This document shows positions 36,102 to 45,960 of a stretch of DNA of 64,000 nt, in pieces (position 1 is the stretch's first letter; the number at the start of each line of letters is the position of its first letter). A program made the translations under genes and the position numbers. A model generated the notes under the pieces. It had not been told where the DNA came from. It did not search any database and worked only from the letters and a program-made list of their open reading frames with translations. The stretch is from assembly GCA_023460855.1 (NCBI GenBank), contig JAEWOS010000016.1, forward strand, positions 78,900 through 142,899. The letters run 5' to 3'. This stretch comes from Bacteroidota bacterium. GTDB lineage: Bacteria; Bacteroidota; Bacteroidia; Flavobacteriales; Weeksellaceae.

Positions 36102-38225
36102 TTACGCTTTAATTTCTGAGATTACATTCACAGCTTCCTGCAGGTAAAGATCCCGCTTGAGGTTTTTGATCCAGTTTTCCGATTTCTTGCGGTAGGCTTC
36201 GTCATTTTTCGCACGTTCCTGTTCGGCCGGAATCTGCACAAAATTCAGTCCTGAATTCAGTTTATCCAGCGCCTCAAATTTTTTGATCTGCTCTTTACGC
36301 TGCTTCATCAGCGCAAAAAATTTATCCTGATTTAAAGTGATTGATTTTTCTTTATCCAGTGCTTCCTTCCATTTGGCAGATTCCAGAATGAGCTGATAAT
36401 TTGAATTTCCGGCAAGTCTGGCGTTGCTTTTACGTTGTAATTCTGCTTTATCAAAAAGATTCATTGCCGTATACTGCGCCGGCTGGATTTTATCCCATGG
36501 CATGCTGAAATCATCATAACGTTCACCGATTTCTGCATAAGTAAGGAAGTTCTTCATCAGGATATCACTCGAGATTCCTTTGTTTTGGGTAGATTCGCCG
36601 GAAACCCGGTAAAATTTCTGAATGGTAAGTTTCAGAGATCCGAAATCATCGCTGGTGCTCAGAAATCTGTTCAGGTCTACGAAAGTCTGCACGGTTCCTT
36701 TACCAAAAGTCTGCGGCGAGCCAAGTAACACTGCCCTTCCGTAATCTTCCATCACACCTGCCAGAATTTCTGAAGAAGAAGCAGAAAGTTCATTTTGCAT
36801 AATAAGCAGCGGACCAGTCCACACCGGAGAATTGGTTTTATTTCGCAGCGTCTGAATTTTTCCGTTACCGTCTTTCACCTGTACATATGGTCCTGCATTC
36901 ATAAAGAGACCCATGATATCACCAACTTCCGTGAGTGAGCCGCCGCCATTGTTCCTAAGGTCAAGGATGACGCCGTTAATATTCTGCGCCTTTAGTTTGA
37001 TCAGTTCATTCTTGATATCGTCCGATGCATTTCTTCCGTCAGCCTTGTCAAATTCTGCATTGAAACTCGGCAGATTGATCAGTCCGAATTTTTTTCCATT
37101 CGTGGTATTAATGATGATACTCTTCGCATAGGTATCTTCCATTTCCACTTCTTCACGAATCATCGTAACTTCGCGGATTGTTTTATCTTTCTTTTCAACC
37201 GTAAGTGTTACAGGAGTGCCTTCCTTTCCTCGAATTAATCTCACTGCTTCATCCGATAACATACCCACCACATTAATCGCTTCCTGATTCGGCATGGATT
37301 TCACTTTCAGAATCCGGTCTCCTTCAGATAACTGTTTGGATTTCCATGCAGGTGCTCCCAAAGAAAGAGCTCCGAGATAAAGGTTTCCTTTCTTTTCCTG
37401 AATAATTGCACCGATTCCGATTACTTTTCCGGTGAAATTGACGTCAAACTCCTGCTTGTCTTTAGGCGAAAAATAACTGGTGTGCGGATCGAACACTTCA
37501 CAGTAAGCATTCATATAAACATTAAACCAGTCCATTCTCTTACGCTTCTTTATTCTCTTGAAGCTTTCACCAATAAGATCTTTTACATCTGCAGTTGCTT
37601 TCTGAAGTTTCTGATCCTGCGTAAGAACCGTAAGTTTTATGGTATCCTGCAATCCGTGTTTTTGTACGGAATCTTTTTTCTTGCGCTGCGTCTCCTCTTT
37701 GGAGTTCATGGTTTCAATTTCCTGAAGAATATTATACTTAATGTACTTTCTCCATTCTGCATACTGCTCATTTGCGTTTGCCGCATATTTTTTATCCTCC
37801 CGTTCCAGAATCATTGTTTCATCTTCATTGAGATTGATCGGTTTGCTCAGTATATCCTGCGTCAGTTTATCGATTTCGTCGAGTCTCGTGAACAGTCTGT
37901 CAACCGTACTTTTATAAAAAACAAGATTTCCCTGATTCAGGTAGTCGTCCAGTTTCGTCTGATGTGAAGCGAATTCATTAATGTCCGACTGCAGAAAATA
38001 TCTCTTCCCCGGATCCACCATTTCGAAATATTTGGTGTACACATCCCTGGAATAATCGTCGTTGATCTGTCGCGGACTGTAATGAAGATATGATAAAGTA
38101 TTTTTAATACTAACCATGATGGTCTGCATTTTCTCGTCGTCATTCTTTGGAGAATTGAAACAGAACATGAGACTGGTAAGCGGTATAAAAAGTAGAAGTT
38201 TGTTCAGTTTAAATTTCTTAAACAT
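36102..38225 (-). CDS. carboxy-terminal processing peptidase (S41, tail-specific protease)
   Basis: Start placed at ATG 38225 (MFKKFKLNKLLLFIPL signal). PDZ region. The motifs LDLRNNGGGSL and SASSSEILAG form the S41 Ser/Lys catalytic region. Confidence 0.9.
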   Translation of the reverse strand: MFKKFKLNKLLLFIPLTSLMFCFNSPKNDDEKMQTIMVSIKNTLSYLHYSPRQINDDYSRDVYTKYFEMVDPGKRYFLQSDINEFASHQTKLDDYLNQGNLVFYKSTVDRLFTRLDEIDKLTQDILSKPINLNEDETMILEREDKKYAANANEQYAEWRKYIKYNILQEIETMNSKEETQRKKKDSVQKHGLQDTIKLTVLTQDQKLQKATADVKDLIGESFKRIKKRKRMDWFNVYMNAYCEVFDPHTSYFSPKDKQEFDVNFTGKVIGIGAIIQEKKGNLYLGALSLGAPAWKSKQLSEGDRILKVKSMPNQEAINVVGMLSDEAVRLIRGKEGTPVTLTVEKKDKTIREVTMIREEVEMEDTYAKSIIINTTNGKKFGLINLPSFNAEFDKADGRNASDDIKNELIKLKAQNINGVILDLRNNGGGSLTEVGDIMGLFMNAGPYVQVKDGNGKIQTLRNKTNSPVWTGPLLIMQNELSASSSEILAGVMEDYGRAVLLGSPQTFGKGTVQTFVDLNRFLSTSDDFGSLKLTIQKFYRVSGESTQNKGISSDILMKNFLTYAEIGERYDDFSMPWDKIQPAQYTAMNLFDKAELQRKSNARLAGNSNYQLILESAKWKEALDKEKSITLNQDKFFALMKQRKEQIKKFEALDKLNSGLNFVQIPAEQERAKNDEAYRKKSENWIKNLKRDLYLQEAVNVISEIKA

Positions 38226-38337
38226 ATTAAATATTGGATTTTTAAATATATTAGTTGATGTGCAGCGGTTTTTGTTACACAACGGAGAAAACTTTCAAAT
38301 TTAATACCTAATTTAACATTTTGGATGCATTTTTATT

Positions 38338-38345
38338 TAATTTTG
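38338..38345 (+). promoter_or_regulatory. candidate -7 promoter box (TAATTTTG) for surE
   Basis: TAnnTTTG match 16 nt upstream of ATG 38362. Confidence 0.3.
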
Positions 38346-38361
38346 TTAAAAATCGTGATTT

Positions 38362-39147
38362 ATGGCGCAAAAACCTTTAATTCTTGTAACCAATGATGAT
38401 GGCATTACGGCACCGGGAATCCGGCATCTCGTAGAATTTATGAGCGAAATCGGTGAAGTGATGGTGGTGGCACCAAATTCACCGCAAAGCGGCAAAGGGC
38501 ACGCTATTACCATCAACTCAACGCTTACGTTCGAAGAAATTCATAATCTGGAAGGAGAACAGCGGGATTTCGCGCTGAGCGGAACACCGGTAGACTGTGT
38601 GAAATTTGCACTCGACAAAATTTTGCCCAAAAAACCGGATCTGGTAGTTTCAGGAATTAATCACGGAGCCAACTCGTCCATTAATGTAATATATTCCGGT
38701 ACGATGTCAGCAGCTGTAGAAGCCGGCGTTGAAGGACTGCAGTCTATTGGATTCTCTCTGCAGGATTTCAGCTGGGATGCCGATTTTATGCAGGCGAAAG
38801 ATTACATTCAGCAAATCGTTCGAGATATTCTGGAAAACCCAATGCCAAAAGGCGTTGTGCTGAATGTTAACATTCCGAAACTGAAAAGAGAAGAAATAAA
38901 AGGAGTGAAAGTCTGTCGACAGGCTGATGCGAAATGGGAGGAAAACTTTGATGAAAGAATCAATCCGCACGGAAAAAAATATTTCTGGCTTACCGGATAT
39001 TTCAACAATATGGATGATGCAGAAGATGCCGATGAAACGGCACTTGCAAACGGATATATCACCGTTGTTCCCGTGAAATTTGATCTCACTGCTCACGAGC
39101 ATGTGAAAGAACTGGAAACTGTTCTGAATTCAGGACCGCTTTCGTAA
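38362..39147 (+). CDS. surE: 5'/3'-nucleotidase SurE
   Basis: 261 aa. The motifs ILVTNDDGITAPGI, SGINHGAN and YSGTMSAA match SurE. Confidence 0.93.
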   Translation: MAQKPLILVTNDDGITAPGIRHLVEFMSEIGEVMVVAPNSPQSGKGHAITINSTLTFEEIHNLEGEQRDFALSGTPVDCVKFALDKILPKKPDLVVSGINHGANSSINVIYSGTMSAAVEAGVEGLQSIGFSLQDFSWDADFMQAKDYIQQIVRDILENPMPKGVVLNVNIPKLKREEIKGVKVCRQADAKWEENFDERINPHGKKYFWLTGYFNNMDDAEDADETALANGYITVVPVKFDLTAHEHVKELETVLNSGPLS

Positions 39148-39183
39148 TAACTATCGTAATTTACAACCAGAAAAAATGATCTG

Positions 39184-40836
39184 ATGTCCAAAAATCTCAG
39201 CGCACTTTCCGGCAGAAAGGGAATGAAAAACAATCTCTTTGATTTAATGGGCGAAATTTCTGCAAAAAGAAACGGAGCTGCCGATCAGGAAGATTTAGCT
39301 CTCCTTGCAGATGAATTTCTGATGGGCGATGCAAATACGTACGGCACCGTAACTGCCTACGATTTCATGAAACCCGAAAACCGCGGAAAGGAAATCTATA
39401 TCTGTAACGGTTCTGCCTGTCTTTGTGCAGGAACTCAGGGCAAAGTAGCTGAGGTCGTTTCTGAATTTTTCGAAGCAGAACAAATCGGACATATGACCTG
39501 CCTTGGGCGCTGCCATGAAAATTCATCATTTCATTATAAAGGAAAAAACTATTCGGGAGAATCGGTTAATTTTCTTGGAGAAATAATTGGGAAAAAAATC
39601 AATGCAAAATCAGGCATTCATTCTGTAAGCGGTAACATTCAGGTCCTGACAGCGCCTTTTGATGATATAGCTGATTTCAAACAGCAACTGGAATTATTAC
39701 TGAGCAGTTCGCCGGATTATGTGCTGGATGAAGTAAGAAATTCTAAAATTCGCGGACGTGGCGGCGCCGGTTTTCCGATGGGAATAAAATGGGAAGGCTG
39801 CAAAAATCAGATCTCAGATGAGAAATTCATCATTTGTAATGCTGATGAAGGTGATCCGGGTGCTTTTTCGGACCGTTATCTTCTCGAGCAGAAACCCTTT
39901 GCAGTGCTTTTCGGAATGCTCGCCTCCGGTTACTGTACCGGAGCTTCCTGGGGAATCCCGTTTATCCGCGCAGAATATCCGGAAGCGGTTGAAATTGTTC
40001 AGAATGCAGTAGATGCACTATACGCAGCCGGTCTTTTGGGTGAAAATATTCTGGAATCCGGATTCAGTTTCGATTTTAAAGTTATTAAAGCGCAGGGAGC
40101 CTACATCTGTGGTGAGGAAACAGCGCTGATTAACGCACTTGAAGGACAACGACCTGAAGTAAGAACCCGGCCGCCGTTTCCTACGGAACAGGGATTGTTC
40201 CTGAAACCAACCATTGTAAATAATGTAGAAACTTTTGCAGCTGTTCCGTGGATTCTCACAAATTCCGGCAATGCCTATGCGAAACTCGGTACAGAAAAAT
40301 CTACAGGCACCAAACTGATTTCTTTGGACGGCAGATTTAATATTCCCGGTATTGTCGAAGTGGAAATGGGAACTCCGCTGTCTGTTGTAATAGAAGATTT
40401 CGGCGGTGGATTTACCATGCCGGTAAAAGCACTTCATATCGGCGGACCTTTGGGCGGAATTGTTCCTGTTGAAAAAATTCCGGAGCTTACAGTTGATTTT
40501 GAAAGTTTTGCTACTGCAGGATTTTTACTCGGACATGCTTCCATCATCTGTATTCCGGCTGATTTCCCCATGATCAATTATCTTGAACATCTTTTTGATT
40601 TTGCTGCATTCGAAAGCTGCGGAAAATGTTTTCCGTGCAGACTTGGTACAAAAAGAGCGCACGAGATGCTTCAGGATGCCGTTTTTCAGCAGAAGCCAGT
40701 TGATAAAATGCTCTTTGATGATTTGCTCGTGACGCTTCAGCAGGGATCACTTTGTGCGCACGGCGGAGGAATTCCGCTGCCGGCAAGGAATGCTTTACAG
40801 TATTTCGAAGCAGAACTGTCTGAATTCTTTCATTAG
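39184..40836 (+). CDS. NAD-linked formate dehydrogenase diaphorase subunit (NuoE-like 2Fe-2S domain fused to a NuoF-like FMN/NAD/4Fe-4S module)
   Basis: 550 aa. CNGSAC...CLGRCH 2Fe-2S pattern. GRGGAGFPMGIKW, ICNADEGDPGAF and ESCGKCFPCRLG are NuoF signatures. Confidence 0.88.
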   Translation: MSKNLSALSGRKGMKNNLFDLMGEISAKRNGAADQEDLALLADEFLMGDANTYGTVTAYDFMKPENRGKEIYICNGSACLCAGTQGKVAEVVSEFFEAEQIGHMTCLGRCHENSSFHYKGKNYSGESVNFLGEIIGKKINAKSGIHSVSGNIQVLTAPFDDIADFKQQLELLLSSSPDYVLDEVRNSKIRGRGGAGFPMGIKWEGCKNQISDEKFIICNADEGDPGAFSDRYLLEQKPFAVLFGMLASGYCTGASWGIPFIRAEYPEAVEIVQNAVDALYAAGLLGENILESGFSFDFKVIKAQGAYICGEETALINALEGQRPEVRTRPPFPTEQGLFLKPTIVNNVETFAAVPWILTNSGNAYAKLGTEKSTGTKLISLDGRFNIPGIVEVEMGTPLSVVIEDFGGGFTMPVKALHIGGPLGGIVPVEKIPELTVDFESFATAGFLLGHASIICIPADFPMINYLEHLFDFAAFESCGKCFPCRLGTKRAHEMLQDAVFQQKPVDKMLFDDLLVTLQQGSLCAHGGGIPLPARNALQYFEAELSEFFH

Positions 40837-40858
40837 GAAATTCAACAGTGGCGAATCG

Positions 40859-40887
40859 CATCAGAAAATGTTTTTTGATGAATTTTT
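40859..40887 (+). terminator. weak AT-rich hairpin plus T-run (possible attenuator/terminator)
   Basis: CATCAGAAAA/TTTTTTGATG stem followed by AATTTTT. The stem is almost all A-T, so function is uncertain. Confidence 0.25.
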
Positions 40888-40979
40888 CCGTATGAATTTT
40901 TTTGTAACTTTAGTTTCCTGAATATTCAGCCGTGCTGATTATTTTCACGAATGATTATTATTTCTAATTCTCACAACAT

Positions 40980-43103
40980 ATGAGTACCAACACAAAAGAT
41001 TTGCGGAACGTGGTTCTGCTGGGACATTCCGGATCCGGAAAAACAACCCTTATTGAAACCATGCTTTTTGAAGGAGGAGCGATAAGCCGACGTGGAACAG
41101 TAGAAGGGCACAATACCGTCAGCGACAATACTGATCTGGAACATGAACGGGAAAATACCATCTTTTCGCACCAGATGTATGTGAACTGGAAAAATAATAA
41201 AATCAATGTTCTGGACACTCCGGGTTTCGATGATTTTGTAGGTGAAGTTATTTCCTCGCTGAAAGTTGCAGATACGGCAATTGTCGTATTAAATGCGGCA
41301 GCCGGTGTAGAAGTTGGAACTGAAATCGTTTGGGAACATATTGAGAAATATAAAACACCGGCAATTTTCGTCATCAATCAGATGGATCACCCCAAAGCTG
41401 ATTATGAAAAAACACTGGAGCAGGCGAAAGAAAGATTTGGCAGCAAACTTCTTCCGCTTCAGTATCCGCTGTCTTCCGGTGAAAATTTTCATCAAATCAT
41501 CGATGCGTTACGCATGGTGATGTATGAATTTCCGAAAGGCGGAGGAAAACCGGAGAAAAAACCAATACCTGAAGCGGAAATGGAGCGGGCAAATGCAATG
41601 CACAATGCATTGGTAGAAATTGCTGCAGAGAATGAAGACGGCTTAATGGAAAAGTATTTCGAAGAAGGAAATCTCAGCGAAGAAGAACTTGCGAAAGGAA
41701 TTACGATTGCGCTGGCTCATCAGCAGTTTTTTCCGGTTTTTGTAGCTTCAGGACTCAACGATATCGGATCCGGAAGACTGATGGGGTTCATCGACGACAT
41801 CGCTCCTTCACCTGCAGACCGCCCTGCTTTAACACTGGCAAACGGTGAAGAAGTATTCTGTAATCCCGAGGACAAGACCTCTGTTTTCATCTACAAAACG
41901 ACGTCAGAACCGCAGGTTGGGATGATATCTTACTTCAAAGTGATTTCCGGAGTGCTGCGTACAGGCGATGAATTGATAAATGCTGACAGCGGAGAAACGG
42001 AACGGATCTCGCAGATTTTCGTGGCAGAAGGCAAAGACCGTAAAGCGGTAAATGAACTTCAGGCAGGCGATCTTGGAGTTACCGTAAAACTGAAATCCGG
42101 ACACACCAATACAACGCTGCACACGAAAGGATCTGAAAGAAAAGTGGAGCCTATCGAATATCCGGAAAGCAGAATCCGGAAAGCCGTAACAGCTGAGAAC
42201 TCTGCCAATACCGAAAAACTTTTCGCAGCATTACACAAAATTCAGGAGGAAGACCCAACTATTACAGTAGATATAGACCGTGAAACTCATGAAGCCGTTA
42301 TGGGCGGACAGGGACAACTGCATATTGACCTGATTCAGCAGCGAATAGAAAAGGAATTTGGCGTAAAGATGGTGATGAAAAACCCAAAAGTTTCCTACCG
42401 CGAAACCATCACGGGAAAAGCTGATGCAGAATATAGACATAAAAAACAATCAGGAGGAGCCGGTCAGTTTGCAGAAATCCATATGCGCGTTGAAAATTAT
42501 TATGACGGCATGGAGGAACCAAAAGGGCTGAATATCCGTCAGCACGAAATTGAAGAACTTCCGTGGGGAGGCAAACTCGCTTTTTACTGGTGTATCGTAG
42601 GCGGAGCGATTGATAACAGATATATCGGAGCAATTAAAAAGGGAATTATGCAGCAGATGAAGAACGGTCCGCTCACAGGATCTCCCTGTCAGAATATCCG
42701 TGTTTCCGTTTTTGACGGCAAGATGCACAGCGTGGACAGTAACGATATTTCTTTTCAACTGGCAGCTTCCGGAGCTTTCAAAGAAGCATTCCACAATGCC
42801 AGTCCACAGTTGCTGGAACCAGTTTATCATGTAGAAATCCTTTGTCCGGACGATTCCACCGGTGACGTTATGGGCGATCTTCAGTCGAGAAGAGCGATGA
42901 TTTCCGGAGTGGATTCCGAAGGACATTATCAAAAAATCATGGCGGATGTTCCGCTGGCAGAACTAGACGATTACGGCTCTACGCTGCGTTCTATTACAGG
43001 CGGAAAAGCAAAATTTTCCATGAAACTGACAGGTTTCCAGCTCGTACCGCACACCGTTCAGCAGGACCTTGTTAAGAAACACGTGGTAACTGCTGAATCT
43101 TAG
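40980..43103 (+). CDS. elongation factor G paralogue (EF-G2-like translational GTPase)
   Basis: 707 aa. G1 GHSGSGKT, G3 DTPGFDDFVGE, G4 NQMD. Domain IV loop GKMHSVDSNDISFQLAASGAFKEAF. Full five-domain length. Confidence 0.88.
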   Translation: MSTNTKDLRNVVLLGHSGSGKTTLIETMLFEGGAISRRGTVEGHNTVSDNTDLEHERENTIFSHQMYVNWKNNKINVLDTPGFDDFVGEVISSLKVADTAIVVLNAAAGVEVGTEIVWEHIEKYKTPAIFVINQMDHPKADYEKTLEQAKERFGSKLLPLQYPLSSGENFHQIIDALRMVMYEFPKGGGKPEKKPIPEAEMERANAMHNALVEIAAENEDGLMEKYFEEGNLSEEELAKGITIALAHQQFFPVFVASGLNDIGSGRLMGFIDDIAPSPADRPALTLANGEEVFCNPEDKTSVFIYKTTSEPQVGMISYFKVISGVLRTGDELINADSGETERISQIFVAEGKDRKAVNELQAGDLGVTVKLKSGHTNTTLHTKGSERKVEPIEYPESRIRKAVTAENSANTEKLFAALHKIQEEDPTITVDIDRETHEAVMGGQGQLHIDLIQQRIEKEFGVKMVMKNPKVSYRETITGKADAEYRHKKQSGGAGQFAEIHMRVENYYDGMEEPKGLNIRQHEIEELPWGGKLAFYWCIVGGAIDNRYIGAIKKGIMQQMKNGPLTGSPCQNIRVSVFDGKMHSVDSNDISFQLAASGAFKEAFHNASPQLLEPVYHVEILCPDDSTGDVMGDLQSRRAMISGVDSEGHYQKIMADVPLAELDDYGSTLRSITGGKAKFSMKLTGFQLVPHTVQQDLVKKHVVTAES

Positions 43104-43147
43104 CATCTTAAACAGCGAATTCCAGAATTCCGCACCAAATTTCAGAT

Positions 43148-45889
43148 ATGGACAAAACAGCATTCATCAACAACCAGCCTTATCCTTTTACCGAAGGAGA
43201 GACCATGCTTTCTTTTATAAGAAGGAATTTCGGGCAGCAGAGTGTTCCCACGCTTTGCGATGCGCCGAATCTGGAACCGTTCGGGTCATGCCGGATTTGT
43301 TGTGTTGATGTCGCTCTTGAGGAAAATGGCAAAACCAGGGCAATGGCATCTTGTCATACACCGGTCACGGAGAATATTTTTATTTATCCGGATACCGACA
43401 ATATTCAGAAATTACGCAAGAATATCCTGGAACTGGTGCTTTCAGATCTGCCCGAAGAAAACCGATTTACATACAGCGATAAGCCTACAGAACTTCAAAA
43501 GGTCGTCCGGCAAACAGGCATCAAAGAAGTCCGGTATCAGAATTCCCGCAGAAAAATATTTGAAGAAGACACTTCTCATCCTTACATGCGCTCGGATCTC
43601 AATATGTGTATCAATTGTTTCCGGTGCATCCGCGCGTGCGACGAAGTACAGGGAGAAATGGTGCTGAATATGGCCGGCCGCGGATTTGATGCGCACATTA
43701 TTAAAGGTATGGATGTGAGTTTTATGGAAAGCGACTGCGTTAGTTGTGGCGCTTGCTCTCAAACCTGTCCGACCGATGCCATTACCGATATTTTTCAGAT
43801 GGATGAGCGGATTCCGGAAAAAATTACCAGAACCGTCTGTACGTATTGCGGCGTCGGCTGCAACCTCGAAATCGCTTCAAAAGGTGAGGAAATTATTTCC
43901 ATTACCGCTCCCTATGATGCGGAAGCGAATCTTGGACACACCTGCCTTAAAGGAAGATATGCGTTCAGGTTTTATAATCACCCGGACAGACTGCGAACTC
44001 CGTTAATAAAGAGAAACGGTGAATTTGAGCCCGCAACCTGGGATGAAGCGTTTGATTTTATCGCAGACCGGATTACCTCTATCAAATCTGAATTTGGTCC
44101 TGATGCGATTGCAGGAGTTTCCTCAGCGAGAACACCCAATGAGGAAAATTATCTGATGCAGAAAATGATGCGGGCTGTAATCGGCACCAATAATATCGAC
44201 TGTTGTGCTCGTGTTTGTCACTCTCCCACTGCGTTAGGAATGCAGCGTGCATTCGGAACAGGCGCTGCAACAAATTCTATTGAAGATCTGGCCTTTACAG
44301 ACTGTATCCTGGTAATCGGAGCAAATCCTACAGCTGCACATCCGGTAACCGGTGCAAGAATAAAGCAGAGAATGATGAAAGGCGTTACCGGAATTGTCAT
44401 TGATCCGCGCAAAATCGAACTCGCGAAATACGCCAAATATCATCTTCAGCTTAGACCGGGAACCAATGTAGCATTGCTAAACATGATGCTGTACTATATT
44501 ATTTCTGAAAATCTGGAAGACGAAGAATTCATCAGAAACCGCACCGAAGGTTACGAAGAAATGAAGCAGGAAATTCTTCAGCTTAATATCGCTGAACTGG
44601 AGCGAATTACAGGCGTTAACCGCGAACTTGTTAGAGAAGCATCAATTGCATATGCAACCGCAAATGCAGCTATGGAATTTCACGGCCTGGGAGTTACGGA
44701 GCAGATGCAGGGAACTTTTACGGTACAGCTCATTGCAGATTTAGCCATGATTACCGGAAATATCGGAAAGAAAGGCGCAGGCGTAAATCCGCTTCGTGGA
44801 CAAAATAATGTACAGGGAGCAGCTGATATGGGATGTCAGCCGCATCAGGGCGCAGGCTACCTCGATGTAACCGATTCTGCCATCAACGAAAAATATAGTT
44901 TATTCTATAAGAATGTTGTTCCGTCCCACGTTGGATTCAAAATTCCGGAAATGTTTGAGGCCGCACTCAATGGCAAACTGAAAGCGCTCTGGATTATTGG
45001 CGAAGATGTGGTTCAGACCGATCCGAACACGCAGAAAGTGCGGGACGCGCTGGACAGCCTGGATTTACTTGTTGTACAGGAACTGTTTATGACGGAAACA
45101 GCGAGCAGAGCAACGGTGATACTTCCTGCAGCATCATTCCTCGAAAAGGAAGGGACTTTTACCAACGGGGAAAGAAGAATTCAGAAAGTTCAAAAAATTG
45201 TAGAACCACTGGAAGGAACGAAACCTGACGGCCAAATCCTGGTCGAAATGATGAATAAATTAGGTTATCCACAACCTGATTACACACCTGAAGGAATGCT
45301 TGCAGAAATTTCACAGATCGTTCCGTTCTTTGCCGGCGTTACCTGGGACAATTTGGGGAAAAGCGGCTTACAGTGGCCGGTACGGGAAGATGGCAGCGAT
45401 ACCAAAATGCTGCACATTGAAGAATTCAAAAGAGGAAAAGGAAAATTCAGCTTTATCGGTTTTAAAGAAAGTAACGAAATACAGAAACACGGAAAAGATT
45501 ATCCTTACATCATCACCACCAATCGCGAACTTGAGCATTACAATTGCGGTACGATGACCAGAAGAACCGGAAATGTAGAGATTCTGAAGGAAGACGTACT
45601 GCTGATCAGTCCGGAAGATGCCGTAAAAGAAGGAATTCTTGACGGCGATTTTGTCTGTGTGGAATCACCACGGGGAAAAGTGGATATCAAAGCGAAAGTT
45701 ACGGATGAGGTAAAGCCCGGAATTCTCAGTTCAACCTTTCATTTCCCTGAAATCATGCTCAACATCATCACCAGCGATGAGCACTGTACAGAGGCGATGT
45801 GCCCGGAATACAAAGTAGTAAGTTGCCGGATCCGGAAAAGCAAAGGGAAATTTAAACAGATGATGATGGATCAGGACGTTCAACATTAG
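43148..45889 (+). CDS. fdhA: formate dehydrogenase alpha subunit (molybdopterin, Cys type, with N-terminal Fe-S domains)
   Basis: 913 aa. 2Fe-2S CDAPNLEPFGSCRIC, 4Fe-4S CINCFRCIRAC and CVSCGACSQTCP, MopB cluster CTYCGVGC. Active-site CARVCHSPT has Cys where Sec-type enzymes have U. Confidence 0.9.
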   Translation: MDKTAFINNQPYPFTEGETMLSFIRRNFGQQSVPTLCDAPNLEPFGSCRICCVDVALEENGKTRAMASCHTPVTENIFIYPDTDNIQKLRKNILELVLSDLPEENRFTYSDKPTELQKVVRQTGIKEVRYQNSRRKIFEEDTSHPYMRSDLNMCINCFRCIRACDEVQGEMVLNMAGRGFDAHIIKGMDVSFMESDCVSCGACSQTCPTDAITDIFQMDERIPEKITRTVCTYCGVGCNLEIASKGEEIISITAPYDAEANLGHTCLKGRYAFRFYNHPDRLRTPLIKRNGEFEPATWDEAFDFIADRITSIKSEFGPDAIAGVSSARTPNEENYLMQKMMRAVIGTNNIDCCARVCHSPTALGMQRAFGTGAATNSIEDLAFTDCILVIGANPTAAHPVTGARIKQRMMKGVTGIVIDPRKIELAKYAKYHLQLRPGTNVALLNMMLYYIISENLEDEEFIRNRTEGYEEMKQEILQLNIAELERITGVNRELVREASIAYATANAAMEFHGLGVTEQMQGTFTVQLIADLAMITGNIGKKGAGVNPLRGQNNVQGAADMGCQPHQGAGYLDVTDSAINEKYSLFYKNVVPSHVGFKIPEMFEAALNGKLKALWIIGEDVVQTDPNTQKVRDALDSLDLLVVQELFMTETASRATVILPAASFLEKEGTFTNGERRIQKVQKIVEPLEGTKPDGQILVEMMNKLGYPQPDYTPEGMLAEISQIVPFFAGVTWDNLGKSGLQWPVREDGSDTKMLHIEEFKRGKGKFSFIGFKESNEIQKHGKDYPYIITTNRELEHYNCGTMTRRTGNVEILKEDVLLISPEDAVKEGILDGDFVCVESPRGKVDIKAKVTDEVKPGILSSTFHFPEIMLNIITSDEHCTEAMCPEYKVVSCRIRKSKGKFKQMMMDQDVQH

Positions 45890-45960
45890 AGCGGAGTTTT
45901 TCAAATTCTACACAAAAGCCGCAGCTGGAACAGCATTTGAACGCATTCCTTTAAAAAAAT

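Noticed and set aside
43148-45889. Selenocysteine recoding in the formate dehydrogenase alpha subunit
   Set aside because: The ORF has no in-frame TGA. The active-site position reads Cys (CARVCHSPT), so no SECIS element is needed.
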